Program-made: the position numbers and the translations under genes
Notes under the pieces: model-generated
Databases searched by the model: none
What the model was told of the DNA's origin: nothing
The model's input: the letters and a program-made list of their open reading frames with translations, nothing else
Shown: piece by piece, positions 13,660 through 27,304 of the stretch
Layout of the letters: every line of letters begins with the position of its first letter
Position numbering within the stretch: the first letter of the stretch is position 1
DNA from: Lytechinus pictus
Taxonomy: Eukaryota
NCBI RefSeq assembly: GCF_037042905.1
Contig: NC_087250.1
Span: forward strand, 19,780,001-19,844,000
Length of the DNA: 64,000 nt
Reading direction: 5' to 3'

Positions 13660-14039
13660 GTGCTAATAACGCTATGGTCGTACAGGTCCGATTCCCATGT
13701 GGACCAAGAAATTAGAATGTTTTTTTTTTTTCAGACTCTAAAAAGACTGGACATTTTAAGGTGTTGGAAGTGGGGGGGGGGGGGGGCTGGTAAGAATTAA
13801 ATCTCAATAAACACACACACGCGTAATGTAAGCCCCCCCCCCCATTCTAGAAAGAAAAATAGATTGAAACACCGTCGGTGTGACAACACACTGTGGTCAC
13901 AGTATGTACAAATTCCTTCCACGTACCACAGACATGTTTTAAAAATGTGGTACAAGGTGGCGTCAACGCTGGGAATCATTAGAGTTATGACCTCACACAG
14001 AATGAATAAAAAAAACCCACCTTTTCCCGATGAAATGTT

Positions 14040-14890
14040 AATGCGACCCCAATGTGATGAAAAACCAATGACATATTATTGTTTACACTGTGTTTATATA
14101 CTCATTAAGTATGTCACTTTTTAACTCTGTGGTTATAGTCACTGTGAGTGAGAACAATGTTCCAATTTATCACAGTGAAATGACTTTGTGAAAACAAGTG
14201 CGATGAAAAACCAATGACATTATTTTTCATACAGTGTCAAAGTCATTTCACTATGAGGCACTTTTTAACTCTGTGGTTAAGTCACTGTGTGTGAAAACAA
14301 TGCTCCAATTTACCACAGTTGAAAGACTGTGAACCAGTGTGATGAAAAATCAATCAAATATTTTCATATTGTGTTCACAAAGTAATTCCACTACGGCAAA
14401 GTGTGGCACTTTTTCACTCCGTGGTTAAGTCACTGAGTAAAAACATTGTTCCAATTTGTCACAGTGAAATTAATTTGTGAACACAGTGTGATGAAAAAAA
14501 AACCAAATATTTGTTTATACTGTGTCCATATAGTAATTAAAATGTGATAAAGTGGGGCACTTTTTAACTCTGTGGTAAATTCAGAGTGTTTGAAAACTTT
14601 GTCCCTATTTACCACAGTGGAATGACTGTGAACCCAGTGTGATGAAAACCAATCAAAATAATTTTCCGCTGTGTTCATAAAGTCATTCCACTGTGATAAA
14701 ATGGGAGCTTTTTCTAATTCTGTGTTTAAATCTCTTTGTGTGAAATCGTTCCGATTCATCAAAGTATAATGATTTTGTGAACACAGTAAGATGAAAATCA
14801 TCAAATTAAATAAATTATTGTACTGTGTTCATAATTTAGAGTCATTCCTCTGTGATAAAGTGGGGCACTCTTTTACTCTGTGTGAAAAGA
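14040..14890. repeat. Diverged ~147-bp tandem array (~6 units)
   Basis: gtgatgaaaaaccaat...ctttttaactctgtggtta recurs at ~14053, 14199, 14338, 14488, 14638 and 14789. Confidence 0.8.
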
Positions 14891-15124
14891 TGTTCCCAGC
14901 AGTGGGATGACTATTTGAGTGTATCGCACTGTGATTTGGGAATCCCATAGAAAACCAGAGATGCCCTTCTTTTTTCTAGCACAGATAAGCGCACAAACAC
15001 GCACGCACATACATCAAGCCCACACCCACTCTCCCTCCTTCCAACAACCCATGAAAGTTTCTTCCTCCTATCATTCGCTATTTCATAGAAAACGAGGGAT
15101 ATCCCCTTTTTGCTAGCATGGATA

Positions 15125-15650
15125 AGCACACAAACACACACACCCATATATCCACACACACACACACACACTCACCCTCAAACACACACACCCTCCCTCC
15201 CTCACACACACAGAGACACTCCCTCTGTTCCTGCCTCTTTCCCACTTCACGAGAACGTTTCTTCCAATCATTTGCTACCCCTCATCTATTTTATCTCAAA
15301 GTCATATTTCAAATTCAAATTCATATGATTATCAATATCACTCTTCTATTTCACAAGCTATCCCTTGTCTTTCTCACTCATTGTTTCCTTCCCTATTTCT
15401 TTGTCTTGTTCTTTCTCTCATTCTCTCTCTTTGTGTTTTGTTCTCCCTCTTTTTTATTTCCCATCTCCCTCCAATGCTCTTTCCCTATCTCCCCTCCATT
15501 TTCATCTACCCTTCTCTCTTTCTGCCCCCCCCTCTCATACACACATACACACATACACCCACACACACAACCACGCAGATTAACCATTCCCCTCTTTTTC
15601 TCCCACTTCAATTCCATATCTCCTCTCGCCGCTTTCCTTCTCATGTATCT
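15125..15650. repeat. (CA)n and CT-rich low-complexity tract
   Basis: Direct inspection. Confidence 0.8.
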
Positions 15651-16189
15651 CCAATTTCTTTACTGATAAAGCTTTCACACACCATAAATGCAAGTAAAAG
15701 GTTTTTTTAAAGAATACGAACAATAAATGATGGAAATTTAGTTTACAGTAAAATACTTTAATCTTTACATTTAAATATTATCACATTTTCAGATAACCAA
15801 ACAGAAAATAATCTCCTCTTTACACTTATACATTTTTAACTTAAAATAAAAGGACATAATATGGAATCATAATAAAGTAATCTGATCCCGTTAAAACATA
15901 ACCCATATAAAAATACATTCCATCTTAATGTTGGCATGAATTGCATATCTGGAGCCAAATGAAATAAACAAACATGAGTTTCATTAAAATCAGATGACAT
16001 CTAGCAAGGTAATGGCTTATTTTCATATCTGCACTATTTTGTTGAATTACTCATACGTAAACATGCATCTCACCTAATTGTTTTCTGATTTGACATGTTC
16101 ATGTATTGAATAAATATGTATGGCTGTTAGAGGAGGTGGTTGGATCTACATGTATGTTCCCGAAGTGATGCTGGAATGCGACTATTTTC

Positions 16190-16571
16190 TTAAAGTGATT
16201 GGTTAACATTGGTATGACTTTTAAAAAATCTGAGCTAGAAGGTCACACTTGTCACCTGTGTCTGTGATATGTTACAAAAATGAAGCCCAGAAAAAATTGC
16301 GTTCGAAAATAATTATTTAGTGCTTCAAAAATTGAAATATAAAGTGACCGAAAACACCATCTTAATTTCATCCCATACACTTATGTGTACTATTTAGGCG
16401 TCTATTTACAAAATCCGGGTTTGCCTTGTAGTTTTAGCTTTTCATTCTCAATAATGGTTGTTTTCAGGGTTTATTAGTTCTTGTAGTTCTTACATGCACT
16501 TGTACACATGTTTCATCTTGGTTTGAGAATTTTTTTAATTGGCTGCTCACAAAGTTAAACAATACCTTTAA
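16190..16571. mobile_element. TTAA-flanked non-autonomous DNA transposon (Kolobok-like)
   Basis: TTAA at both ends; imperfect TIR agtgattggttaac / gttaaacaatacct. Confidence 0.5.
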
Positions 16572-18354
16572 GGAACGCAGCCCCGAAAGAAAATGGTCGC
16601 ATTCGCATCACTGAGGGGACCACAGTTGAATCAAACCTCTGATCCAAGGCCATTCATATTTGGTTTATAATCCGTCATTGGTATTATAATCTTTAAAATA
16701 CAGAGAAAATGTAATTTAATTACTAACAATGTAAGGAATCCTGGTCTGTGAGTGAGAAATCATTCAATAAAATTTGACAAAGTTGGAGGTGATTGCGTGT
16801 GTACGGGCACTGGGTTATTAATTTAAGCGGCTAAAAGCCCTGCTTATGATGTCAGGATTCATGGCATTTTTGCTAAATTTGTGACATTGGTTGGAATTAT
16901 CTTTGGTCACATGACTGGGTTTAGACCAATCACCTATTTAGATTATTAGTATGACGGATAATAATATAATATATGAAATAGACATACAGTATTCAGATCT
17001 TCTGAATGGACTCTTCATTTAATACATAAAAACACAATTTCTGTACCTCATCATTTCTTACATAATTATTTTGATACACATGTCAAAAAATGTGAAATAA
17101 TAAAGATTTTGTAATGAAGGCACAAAGAGAACATGGGGACTTAACTTCAAACCTTGTTAACATCACCAATATGTCTCTTTGACTGAAATAATGAGAATCT
17201 ATAAATTTCATTAAATTGATATCTCATACATATTGCACTGTACACAAATCAGCAAATATCATACACAATAATATTGTGGCTCATATAATTTTGAGTAAGA
17301 ATTTACACACAATCACAAAAATAACAAATATTCTACAAAAATTTACATGTAGCCATAGCCTATTAGATATGGCTACATTTCTTATAAAGCAGGCAGATTT
17401 AACCAGAGTTACGCACTGATGTTAAGATTACACCCAGAATTAGCCCCCCAAAGGCTTAATTTTGCCAAAGAAACAAAAATTGTTGACAACGAAAGCTAGC
17501 GACCAAACTAGCTGATAAGTCAAAGTAGATGGTATTTTTTGAATAAGAAACAGTCCTCTTCTATCGGGAAGGGTTATCCCCAAAATGTCTGCCAAAATAT
17601 ACAAGTATACAACCCCCATCCAACCCTGCACACCACTGATCGAAAATGTGCTACAATTATGCTAATTTGTACATGTATCAAATCATTCTTATTATCATAA
17701 TGGTAGATTCATTACAAGAGGGGTAAACATCATGCTAACTCTGACAATTATTGTTTTACAAATAGTGAAGCATGATGAATCGGATATACATTTCAAGTAG
17801 CATTCATCATCTGTTACATCCCGAAAAGTGGATGCGAACTCTGTATGTTCTATCCTTAAGATTAATAACATTTGAAATTAAAGCCCGTATAAGCTTTGGT
17901 AAGTGGTCAATAATGTGAATCATATATTGCATAAGCTCTATGATAGCTAGCCTCTTGCAATATTCAAAATTACACTAACAACTTATATGTACCCATATAA
18001 TTCTTTTTATCAATGATATTAAAAATATTTATGTGTTCCTTTGTTATTTGTTTGCTACAACTTCGATATGAGCATCTCTAACAAGATATGTCGCATTATA
18101 AATTGCGTATTTATCATCATTATTATTGAGTAGCATCTAACATTTCAATCTTACAAGAATGCATGCAGCCAAACAATACTTTGGTCTAAATTTGACTTTC
18201 GGGTACCTGTTTCATAAAGACTTGTAATAACAAATGCACAATTTCTATTTCTATGACAAATGTACAATCAACCAACCAGATTGAAGGATCTCAGTAGCTT
18301 TGAACTGTTGTAAATTTGTTAATACATGTATATCAAGTTTTATGAAAGGGACTT

Positions 18355-21300
18355 CAGATCCTAGAGAAAATTGTCGAAAAAGCATCTGGGTGAACTCTGA
18401 AGCTAGTCTTCAGCAAATGTCAAACGGGCAATCGACAGTGAAGTTCGCAAGAAAACTTCTCTAAAGGAAAAACTCCAGAGAATGAAGATCATCATAAGAA
18501 CAAAGAATAGCGGAGATGATGATATGTTGTGCATCAGCCATTGTGACTGACTGGTATAGCTAGGATTGAAAACAATGAACAATGGAATTCAATATGGCAG
18601 AGCTTTGGAAAACAGGAAGAATATGCTAAACAATTACACACAGAGGCAAACATACCTTATAATAAATGTGGCATTGAGGAAATTCAAAGATTACAAAAAT
18701 AACTGAATGGCAAAATAACCGAGTAATCGTCATTTCCCAAAAAGAATTTGAACAGTATCATTTTTGTTTGACCCGAGGACAAAGAAACATCCCCTTTTTA
18801 ATACTTGTATTGGAATTGCCCCAGAGCTGTTCTAGTGAATAATCATTTAATGGACAAGAAGTTGCGAGATATAAAAGGGCCAGTCTAGAGCAGTAATGGG
18901 CGACATTTTGATCGCTGGAAAGAATTTGAAGGCGCACATCAATCAGATCCTAGAGAAAGTCGTTGCCAAAGCAACTGAGTGTACTCTGAAGCTAGTCTTC
19001 AGCAAATGTCAAACAGGCAATCAACAATTAAATTTGCAAGACGTTTCTAAAAGCAAAACTCCCGAGAAGAGATCATCATAAGGACAAAGAATAGGGGTGA
19101 TGATAATATGTGTTGTCCATAGGCGATTGTGACTGGTATCTAGCTAGGATTGAAAATGATGAACAATGGAATTCAATAAGGCAGAGCTATGGAAAACAGG
19201 CAGAATATGCTAAACAATTACACACAGAGGCAAACATACCTTATAATAAATGTGGCATTGAGGAAATTCAAAGATTACAAAAATAACTAAATGGCAAAAT
19301 AACCGAGTAATCGTCATTTCCCAAAAAGAATTTGAACAGTATCATTTTTGTTTGACCCGAGGACAAAGAAGCACTCCCTTTTTAATACTTGTATTGGAAT
19401 TGCCCATTGCCCCAGAGCTGTTCTAGTGAATAATCATTTAATGGACGAGAAGTTGTGTGATATAAAAGGGCCAGTCTAGAGCAGTAATGGGCGACATTCT
19501 GATCGCTGGAAAGAATTTGAAGGCGCACATCAATCAGATCCTAGAGAAAGTTGTTGCCAAAGCAACTGAGTGTACTCTGAAGCTAGTCTTCAGCAAATGT
19601 CAAACAGGCAATCAACAATTAAATTTGCAAGACGTTTCTAAAAGCAAAACTTCCGAGAACAGATCATCATAAGGACAAAGAATAGGGTGATGATAATATG
19701 TGTTGTCCATAGGCGATTGTGACTGGTATCTAGCTAGGATTGAAAATGATGAACAATGGAATTCAATACGGCAGAGCTATGGAAAACAGGCAGAATATGC
19801 TAAACAATTACACACAGAGGCAAACATACCTTATAATAAATGTGGCATTGAGGAAATTTGAAGATTACAAAAATAACTGAATGGCAAAATAACCGAGTAA
19901 TCGTCATTTCCCAAAAATTTGAACAGTATCATTTTTGTTTGACCCGAGGACAAAGAAGCATTCCCTTTTTAATACTTGTATTGGAATTGCCCCAGAGCTG
20001 TTCTAGTGAATGGACGAGAAGTTGCGTGATATAAAAGGGCCAGTCTAGAGCAGTAATGGGCGACATTCTGATCGCTGGAAAGAATTTGAAGGCGCACATC
20101 AATCAGATCCTAGAGAAAGTCGTTGCCAAAGCAACTGAGTGTACTCTGAAGCTAGTCTTCCGCAAATGTCAAACAGGCAATCAACAGTTATAAATTTGCA
20201 AGACGTTTCTAAAAGCAAAACTCCCAAGAATAGATCATCATAAGGACAAAGAATAGGGGTGATGATAATATGTGTTGTCCATAGGCGATTGTGACTGGTA
20301 TCTATAGCTAGGATTGAAAATGATGAACAATGGAATTCAATACGGCAGAGCTTTGGAAAACAGGCAGAATATGCTAAACAATTACACACAGAGGCAAACA
20401 TACCTTATAATAAATGTGGCATTGAGGAAATTCAAAGATTACAAAAATAACTGAATGGCAAAATAACCGAGTAATCGTAATTTCCCAAAATGAATTTGAA
20501 CAGTATCATTTTTGTTTGACCCGAGGACAAAGAAGCATTCCCTTTTCAATACTTGTATTGGCATTGCCCATTGCCCCAGAGCTGTTCTAGTGAATAATCA
20601 TTTAATGGACGAGAAGTTGTGTGATATGAAAGGGCCAGTCTAGAGCAGTAATGGGCGACATTCTGATCGCTGGAAAGAATTTGAAGGCGCACATCAATCA
20701 TATCCTAGAGAAAGTTGTTGCCAAAGCAACTGAGTGTACTCTGAAGTTAGTCTTCAGCAAATGTCAAACAGGCAATCAACAGTTAAATTTGCAAGAAGAC
20801 GTTTCTAAAAGCAAAACTCCCGAGAAGAGATCATCATAAGGACAAAGAATAGGGGTGATGATAATATGTGTTGTCCATAGGCGATTGTGACTGGTATCAA
20901 GCTAGGATTGAAAATGATGAACAATGGAATTCAATATGGCAGAGCTTTGGAAAACAGGCAGAATATGCTAAACAATTACACACAGAGGCAAACATACCTT
21001 ATAATAAATGTGGCATTTAGGAAATTCAAAGATTACAAAAATAACTGAATGGCAAAATAACCGAGTAATCGTCATTTCCCAAAAAGAATTTGAACAGTAT
21101 CATTTTTGTTTGACCCGAGGACAAAGAAGCATTCCCTTTTTAATACTTGTATTGGAATTGCCCCAGAGCTGTTCTAGTGAATGGACGAGAAGTTGCGTGA
21201 TATAAAAGGGCCAGTCTAGAGCAGTAATGGGCGACATTCTGATCGCTGGAAAGAATTTGAAGGCGCACATCAATCAGATCCTAGAGAAAGTCGTTGCCAA

Positions 21301-22160
21301 AGCAACTGAGTGTACTCTGAAGCTAGTCTTCAGCAAATGTCAAACAGGCAATCAACAGTTAAATTTGCAAGAAGACGTTTCTAAAAGCAAAACTCCCGAG
21401 AATAGATCATCATAAGGACAAAGAATAGGGGTGATGATAACATGTGTTGTCCATAGGCGATTGTGACTGGTATCTAGCTAGGATTGAAAATGATGAACAA
21501 TGGAATTCAATACGGCAGAGCTATGGAAAACAGGCAGAATATGCTAAACAATTACACACAGAGGCAAACATACCTTATAATAAATGTGGCATTGAGGAAA
21601 TTCAAAGATTACAAAAATAACTGAAAATAACCAAGTAATCGTCATTCCCCAAAAAGAATTTGAACAGTATCATTTTTGTTTGACCCGAGGACAAAGAAGC
21701 AATTGCCCATTGCCCCAGAGCTGTTCTAGTGAATGGACGAGAAGTTGTGTGATATAAAAGGGCCAATCTAGAGCAGTAATGGGCGACATTCTGATCGCTG
21801 GAAAGAATTTGAAGGGGCACATCAATCAGATCCTAGGGAAAGTTGTTGCCAAAGCAACTGAGTGTACTCTGAAGCTAGTCTTCCGCAAATGTCAAACAGG
21901 CAATCAACAGTTATAAATTTGCAAGACGTTTCTAAAAGCAAAACTCCCAAGAATAGATCATCATAAGGACAAAGAATAGGGGTGATGATAATGTGTTGTC
22001 CATAGGCGATTGTGACTGGTAACTAGCTAGGATTGATAATGATGAACAATGGAATTCAATAAGGCAGAGCTATGGAAAACAGGCAGAATATGCTAAACAA
22101 TTACACACAGAGGCAAACATACCTTATAATAAATGTGGAATTTAGGAAATTCAAAGATTT
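18355..22160 (+). repeat. Tandem array of ~550-595-bp chimeric units (Gypsy RT fragment + Polinton pPolB fragment), block 1
   Basis: atgggcgacatt anchor at 18896, 19487, 20056, 20651, 21227 and 21779, plus a more diverged leading partial unit. Confidence 0.9.
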
Positions 22161-22350
22161 GAAAATACAACTCAACCGCAAAATAACAGAGACTTCAAAC
22201 AGTTATCATTTACGTTGGTCCAAAGGACCAGTTATTTTTCCTTTAATTGTATTGGCACAATGATCACATGATCTTGTGACATCACTAAGTGCCTTCTACA
22301 ACAGATCATACTTCTGCACAAAGTGTCTGACAGTGACAGGATACAATATC
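21950..22350 (+). pseudogene. Polinton/Maverick protein-primed PolB, N-terminal region fragment (decayed; duplicate at ~30960-31360)
   Basis: Reads, with stops and frameshifts, ..CCP*AIVTG..ARI..DEQWNSIRQSYGKQAEYAKQLHTEANIPYNKCG...IIYVGP...LYWHNDH.DLVTSLSAFYNRSYFCTKC; resembles the region preceding the pPolB exonuclease. Confidence 0.7.
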
Positions 22351-22619
22351 AACTTAAGTGCAAAATGCTTGCAAGCTCTGGCACATTACAGACTGCACAG
22401 CACCTCAGAGGCGGTGGAACATCAGGCTCATACAATGAAAGTGGAGGGGCACCTATTGTTTGGCAGACAAAAGGTGCCTCTCCACTTTCTATGTCCGAGC
22501 CTGATGTTCCGCTGCCTCTGCTGCACCCGCCAAGAATGACAATCTTCATCACTGCGATGTGTGTCACATAGTGTGGAGGTATACAGCTTCTGGGAGAGAA
22601 TTTGTGATGGAGAAGGAAT

Positions 22620-22870
22620 TACATGACTGGATGGAGGAGCTTAGTCAGTATGACATGCGCCTGGAACACCGCCCAGGCAAGAAACATGTCAATGCCAATG
22701 CTCTGTCTAGGGTCCAATTGCCGAAGGCGCTCTGTGAAGAGTATCGTTTGGGGTTTGATCTGCAGCAACTGCCATGCGGAGGCTGTGGGTACTGCTCCGA
22801 GGCACATCAAAACTGGGCCACATTCGGCACGGTGGTGGACAATGTTGTGCCTTTCGCAGGCCGTGCCGCA
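22620..22870 (+). pseudogene. Gypsy LTR-retrotransposon RNase H C-terminal fragment
   Basis: WMEELSQYDMRLEHRPGKKHVNANALSR followed by CGGCGYC..AH..W..F...VDNVVP. Confidence 0.8.
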
Positions 22871-23479
22871 AAGGTGGGATGTTGCAGAAGTTGACCCCTT
22901 CAAAAATTGTATCACCATCGCAGCAGAATGAGGACATAATATTCAGCATAACTTTTTAATGCCATATGATATACCATCGCCTAGATTCCACCCAGAGGTG
23001 AACCTTCACAGGACATGCAATCCAATATTGCAATAAGATGGCTGATTTATGTTGGCCAACAAGAGTATGTCTATATTCAACATGCTAGAAACAAAGGTGA
23101 GGAATGGGTTGGACAATATAAGGTGGATGGGTTTTGGAGTAACAACAAGAGTTCATGGGTGTTTTTGGTATTACTGCCCAAAATGTTACCATGGCCACAC
23201 ACCCTGTCAATGTGGCAATGTAATGTAATGTCATGACATGACATGTAATGTAATGAAATGTAATGTAATATAATCAATGTCATGTAATTTAAGGAAATGT
23301 AATGTAATGTAATATAATGTAGTTTTGGACAAAGGTGTAGGTGATCTATAATATACTCTTGAAAAGGATTTCCAGGAGAGAGGATTACAGTGCCATATTC
23401 GAGGCCAGAATTATTCACAGTGGAAGGAATGCCACCGAGCATCACTTTAACAAATCCAGGACAGTTGAGTTCATACCAG

Positions 23480-23651
23480 GAAAAGCATTTCCGGGAGGAA
23501 AGCGGATTTCAGTGCCTTATTCAAGACCAGAATCATTCACAGTGGAAGGAATGCCACCGAGCATCCCTTTAAAAAACCCTGGCCAATATGGGAAGGAGGC
23601 TCTTCTTAGCATCCTTCAAAATATTGAAAACATACAATTCCAGAGTATGAG
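23480..23651 (+). pseudogene. GTF2I(TFII-I)-repeat-like exon B, intact-frame copy (stop-containing copy from 23977)
   Basis: KAFPGGKRISVPYSRPESFTVEGMPPSIPLKNPGQYGKEALLSILQNIENIQF matches the I-repeat pattern VPY..VEGLP..IPF..P..YG...L..IL...E.I.F. Confidence 0.6.
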
Positions 23652-24321
23652 GTTGGAGTGAGGTTCTCACTTATTTCGTAATACTGTGCCTTTTACAGTG
23701 GGCTTACAAATGCAAATTTTTATATTACCAGTGTACAGAAAATGAGAAAAATCCAATACGTTGACTTAAACATATCTCTATCCCAGAATCAATAAGTAAG
23801 GTTCTTACCAAGTAGGACATCCACACGTTATGAATTCACATTATCAAGACAATTCTGAATTAGGATTGCAAAATAGTTTTGAACATTTCAAACAAGCCAG
23901 AAAACCTAGAACCAAAAATGTAATGTATTGTATATATGAAGCTAACTTGTTTCAATTGTTGTTGAATTCGTACCAGGAAAAGCATTTCCGGGAGGAAAGT
24001 GGATTTCAGTGCCTTATTCAAGACCAGAATCATTCACAGTGGAAGGAATGCCACCGAGCATCCCTTTAAAAAACCCTGGCCAATAAGGGAAGGAGGCTCT
24101 TCGTAACATCCTTCAGAATATTGAAAATATACGATTCCAGAGAAAGAGGTTCTCACTTACTCCGTAATACCTTTTACAGTGGGCTTACAAATGCAAATTT
24201 TTATATTACCAGTGTACAGAAAATGAGAAAAATCCAGTACGTTGACTTTAACATCTCTCTATCCCAGAATCAATAAGTAAGGTTCTTATCCAGTAGGACA
24301 TCCACACGTCATCAATTCAAA

Positions 24322-24404
24322 TTGCATGGGTTGTGGCTCGTCAGGGGGGGGGGGGGGGCAGACTGCCCCCTCTGCGCCCCCCCCCCCCCGTAGGTACGCT
24401 AGTG
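24322..24404 (-). mobile_element. One terminus of the 6694-type hAT MITE, at the segmental-duplication junction
   Basis: Reverse complement of 6694-6757 (cactagcgtacctacggg...cacaacccatgcaa). Confidence 0.75.
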
Positions 24405-27304
24405 ATAATAAATGTGGCATTGAGGACATTCAAAGATTACAAAAATAACTGAATGGCAAAATAACCGAGTAATCGTCATTTCCCGAAAATAATTTGAACA
24501 GTATAATTTTTGTTTGACCCGAGAACAAAGAAGCATCCCCTTTTTAATACTTGTATTGGAATTGCCCATTGCGGCATTGCCCAAGAGCTGTTCTAGTGAA
24601 TGGACGAGAAGTTGTGTGATATAAAAGGGCCAGTCTAGAGCAGTAATGGGCGACATTCTGATCGCTGGAAAGAATTTGAAGGCGCACATCAATCAGATCC
24701 TAGAAAAAGTAGTTGCCAAAGCAACTGAGTGTACTCTGAAGCTAGTCTTCAGCAAATGTCAAACAGACAATCAACAATTAAATTTGCAAGACGTTTCTAA
24801 AAGCAAAACTCCCGAGAAGAGATCATCATAAGGACAAAGAATAGGGGTGATGATGATATGTGTTGTCCATAGGCGATTGTGACTGGTATCTAGCTAGGAT
24901 TGAAAATGATGAACAATGGAATTCAATACGGCAGAGCTATGGAAAACAGGCAGAATATGCTAAACAATTACACACAGAGGCAAACATACCTTATAATAAA
25001 TGTGGCATTGAGGAAATTCAAAGATTACAAAAATAACTGAATGGCAAAATAACCGAGTAATCGTCATTTCCCAAAAAGAATTTGAACAGTATCATTTTTG
25101 TTTGACCCGAGGACAGAGAAGCATTCCCTTTCTAATACTTGTATTGGAATTGCCCATTGCCCCAGAGCTGTTCTAGTGAATGGACGAGAAGTTGTGTGAT
25201 ATATAAGGTGCCAGAGCCATCGCTGGAAAGAATTTGAAAGCACACATCAATCAGATCCTAGAGAAAGTAGTTGCCAAAGCAACTGAGTGTACTCTGAAGC
25301 TTGTCTTCAGCAAATGTCAAACAGGCAATCAACAGTTAAATTTGCAAGAAGACGTTTCTAAAAGCAAAACTCCCGAGAAGAGATCATCATAAGGACAAAG
25401 AATAGGGGTGATGATAAAATGTGTTGTCCATAGGCGATTGTGACTGGTATCTAGCTAGGATTGAAAATGATGAACAATGGAATTCAATATGGCAGAGCTA
25501 TGGAAAACAGGCAGAATATGCTAAACAATTACACACAGAGGCAAACATACCTTATAATAAATGTGGCATTGAGGAAATTCAAAGATTACAAAAATAACTG
25601 AATGGCAAAATAACCGAGTAATCGTCATTTCCCAAAAAGAATTTGAACAGTATCATTTTTGTTTGACCCGAGGAGAAAGAAGCATTCCCTTTTTAATACT
25701 TGTATTGGCATTGCCCATTGCCCCAGAGCTGTTCTAGTGAATGGACGAGAAGTTGTGTGATATAAAAGGGCCAGTCTAGAGCAGTAATGGGCGACATTCT
25801 GATCGCTGGAAAGAATTTGAAGGCGCACATCAATCAGATCCTAGAGAAAGTGGTTGCCAAAGCAACTGAGTGTACTCTGAAGCTAGTCTTCAGCAAATGT
25901 CAAACAGGCAATCAACAGTTAAATTTGCAAGAAGACGTTTCTAAAAGCAAACCTCCCGAGAATAGATCATCATAAGGACAAAGAATAGGGGTGATGATAA
26001 TATGTGTTGTCCATAGGCGATTGTGACTGGTATCTAGCTAGGATTGAAAATGATGAACAATGGAATTCAATACGGCAGAGCTATGGAAAACAGGCAGAAT
26101 ATGCTAAACAATTACACACAGAGGCAAACATACCTTATAATAAATGTGGCATTGAGGAAATTCAAAGATTACAAAAATAACTGAATGGCAAAATAACCGA
26201 GTAATCATCATTTCCCAAAAAGAATTTGAACAGTATCATTTTTGTTTGACCCGAGGACAAAGAAGCATCCCCTTTTTAATACTTGTATTGGAATTGCCCA
26301 TTGCCCCAGAGCTGTTCTAGTGAATAATCATTTAATGGACGAGAAGTTGTGTGATATAAAAGGGCCAGTCTAGAGCAGTAATGGGCGACATTCTGATCGC
26401 TGGAAAGAATTTGAAGGCGCACATCAATCAGATCCTAGAGAAAGTTGTTGCCAAAGCAACTGAGTGTACTCTGAAGCTAGTCTTCAGCAAATGTCAAACA
26501 GGCAATCAACAATTAAATTTGCAAGACGTTTCTAAAAGCAAAACTCCCGAGAACAGATCATCATAAGGACAAAGAATAGGGGTGATGATAATATGTGTTG
26601 TCCATAGGCGATTGTGACTGGTATCAAGCTAGGATTGAAAATGATGAACAATGGAATTCAATATGGCAGAGCTTTGGAAAACAGGCAGAATATGCTAAAC
26701 AATTACACACAGAGGCAAACATACCTTATAATAAATGTGGCATTTAGGAAATTCAAAGATTACAAAAATAACTGAATGGCAAAATAACCGAGTAATCGTC
26801 ATTTCCCAAAAAGAATTTGAACAGTATCATTTTTGTTTGACCCGAGGACAAAGAAGCATTCCCTTTTTAATACTTGTATTGGAATTGCCCCAGAGCTGTT
26901 CTAGTGAATGGACGAGAAGTTGCGTGATATAAAAGGGCCAGTCTAGAGCAGTAATGGGCGACATTCTGATCGCTGGAAAGAATTTGAAGGCGCACATCAA
27001 TCAGATCCTAGAGAAAGTCGTTGCCAAAGCAACTGAGTGTACTCTGAAGCTAGTCTTCAGCAAATGTCAAACAGGCAATCAACAGTTAAATTTGCAAGAA
27101 GACGTTTCTAAAAGCAAAACTCCCGAGAATAGATCATCATAAGGACAAAGAATAGGGGTGATGATAACATGTGTTGTCCATAGGCGATTGTGACTGGTAT
27201 CTAGCTAGGATTGAAAATGATGAACAATGGAATTCAATACGGCAGAGCTATGGAAAACAGGCAGAATATGCTAAACAATTACACACAGAGGCAAACATAC
27301 CTTA

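Larger units (their letters stand above)
11307..13706 (+). pseudogene. tRNA-Ile(AAT) pseudogene interrupted at the anticodon (halves 11307-11342 and 13668-13706)
   Basis: Rejoined sequence GGTCCGTTAGCTCAGTCGGTAGAGCAGAGTGCTAATAACGCTATGGTCGTACAGGTCCGATTCCCATGTGGACCA resembles metazoan tRNA-Ile-AAT; T-run terminator at ~13720. Confidence 0.75.

Noticed and set aside
14911..15710. Overlapping ORFs rich in HT/FS repeats
   Set aside because: Low-complexity CA/CT sequence
18355..27304. CRISPR-like array
   Set aside because: Units are ~585 bp and nearly identical throughout, with no short repeat/unique spacer structure; eukaryotic context and no cas genes
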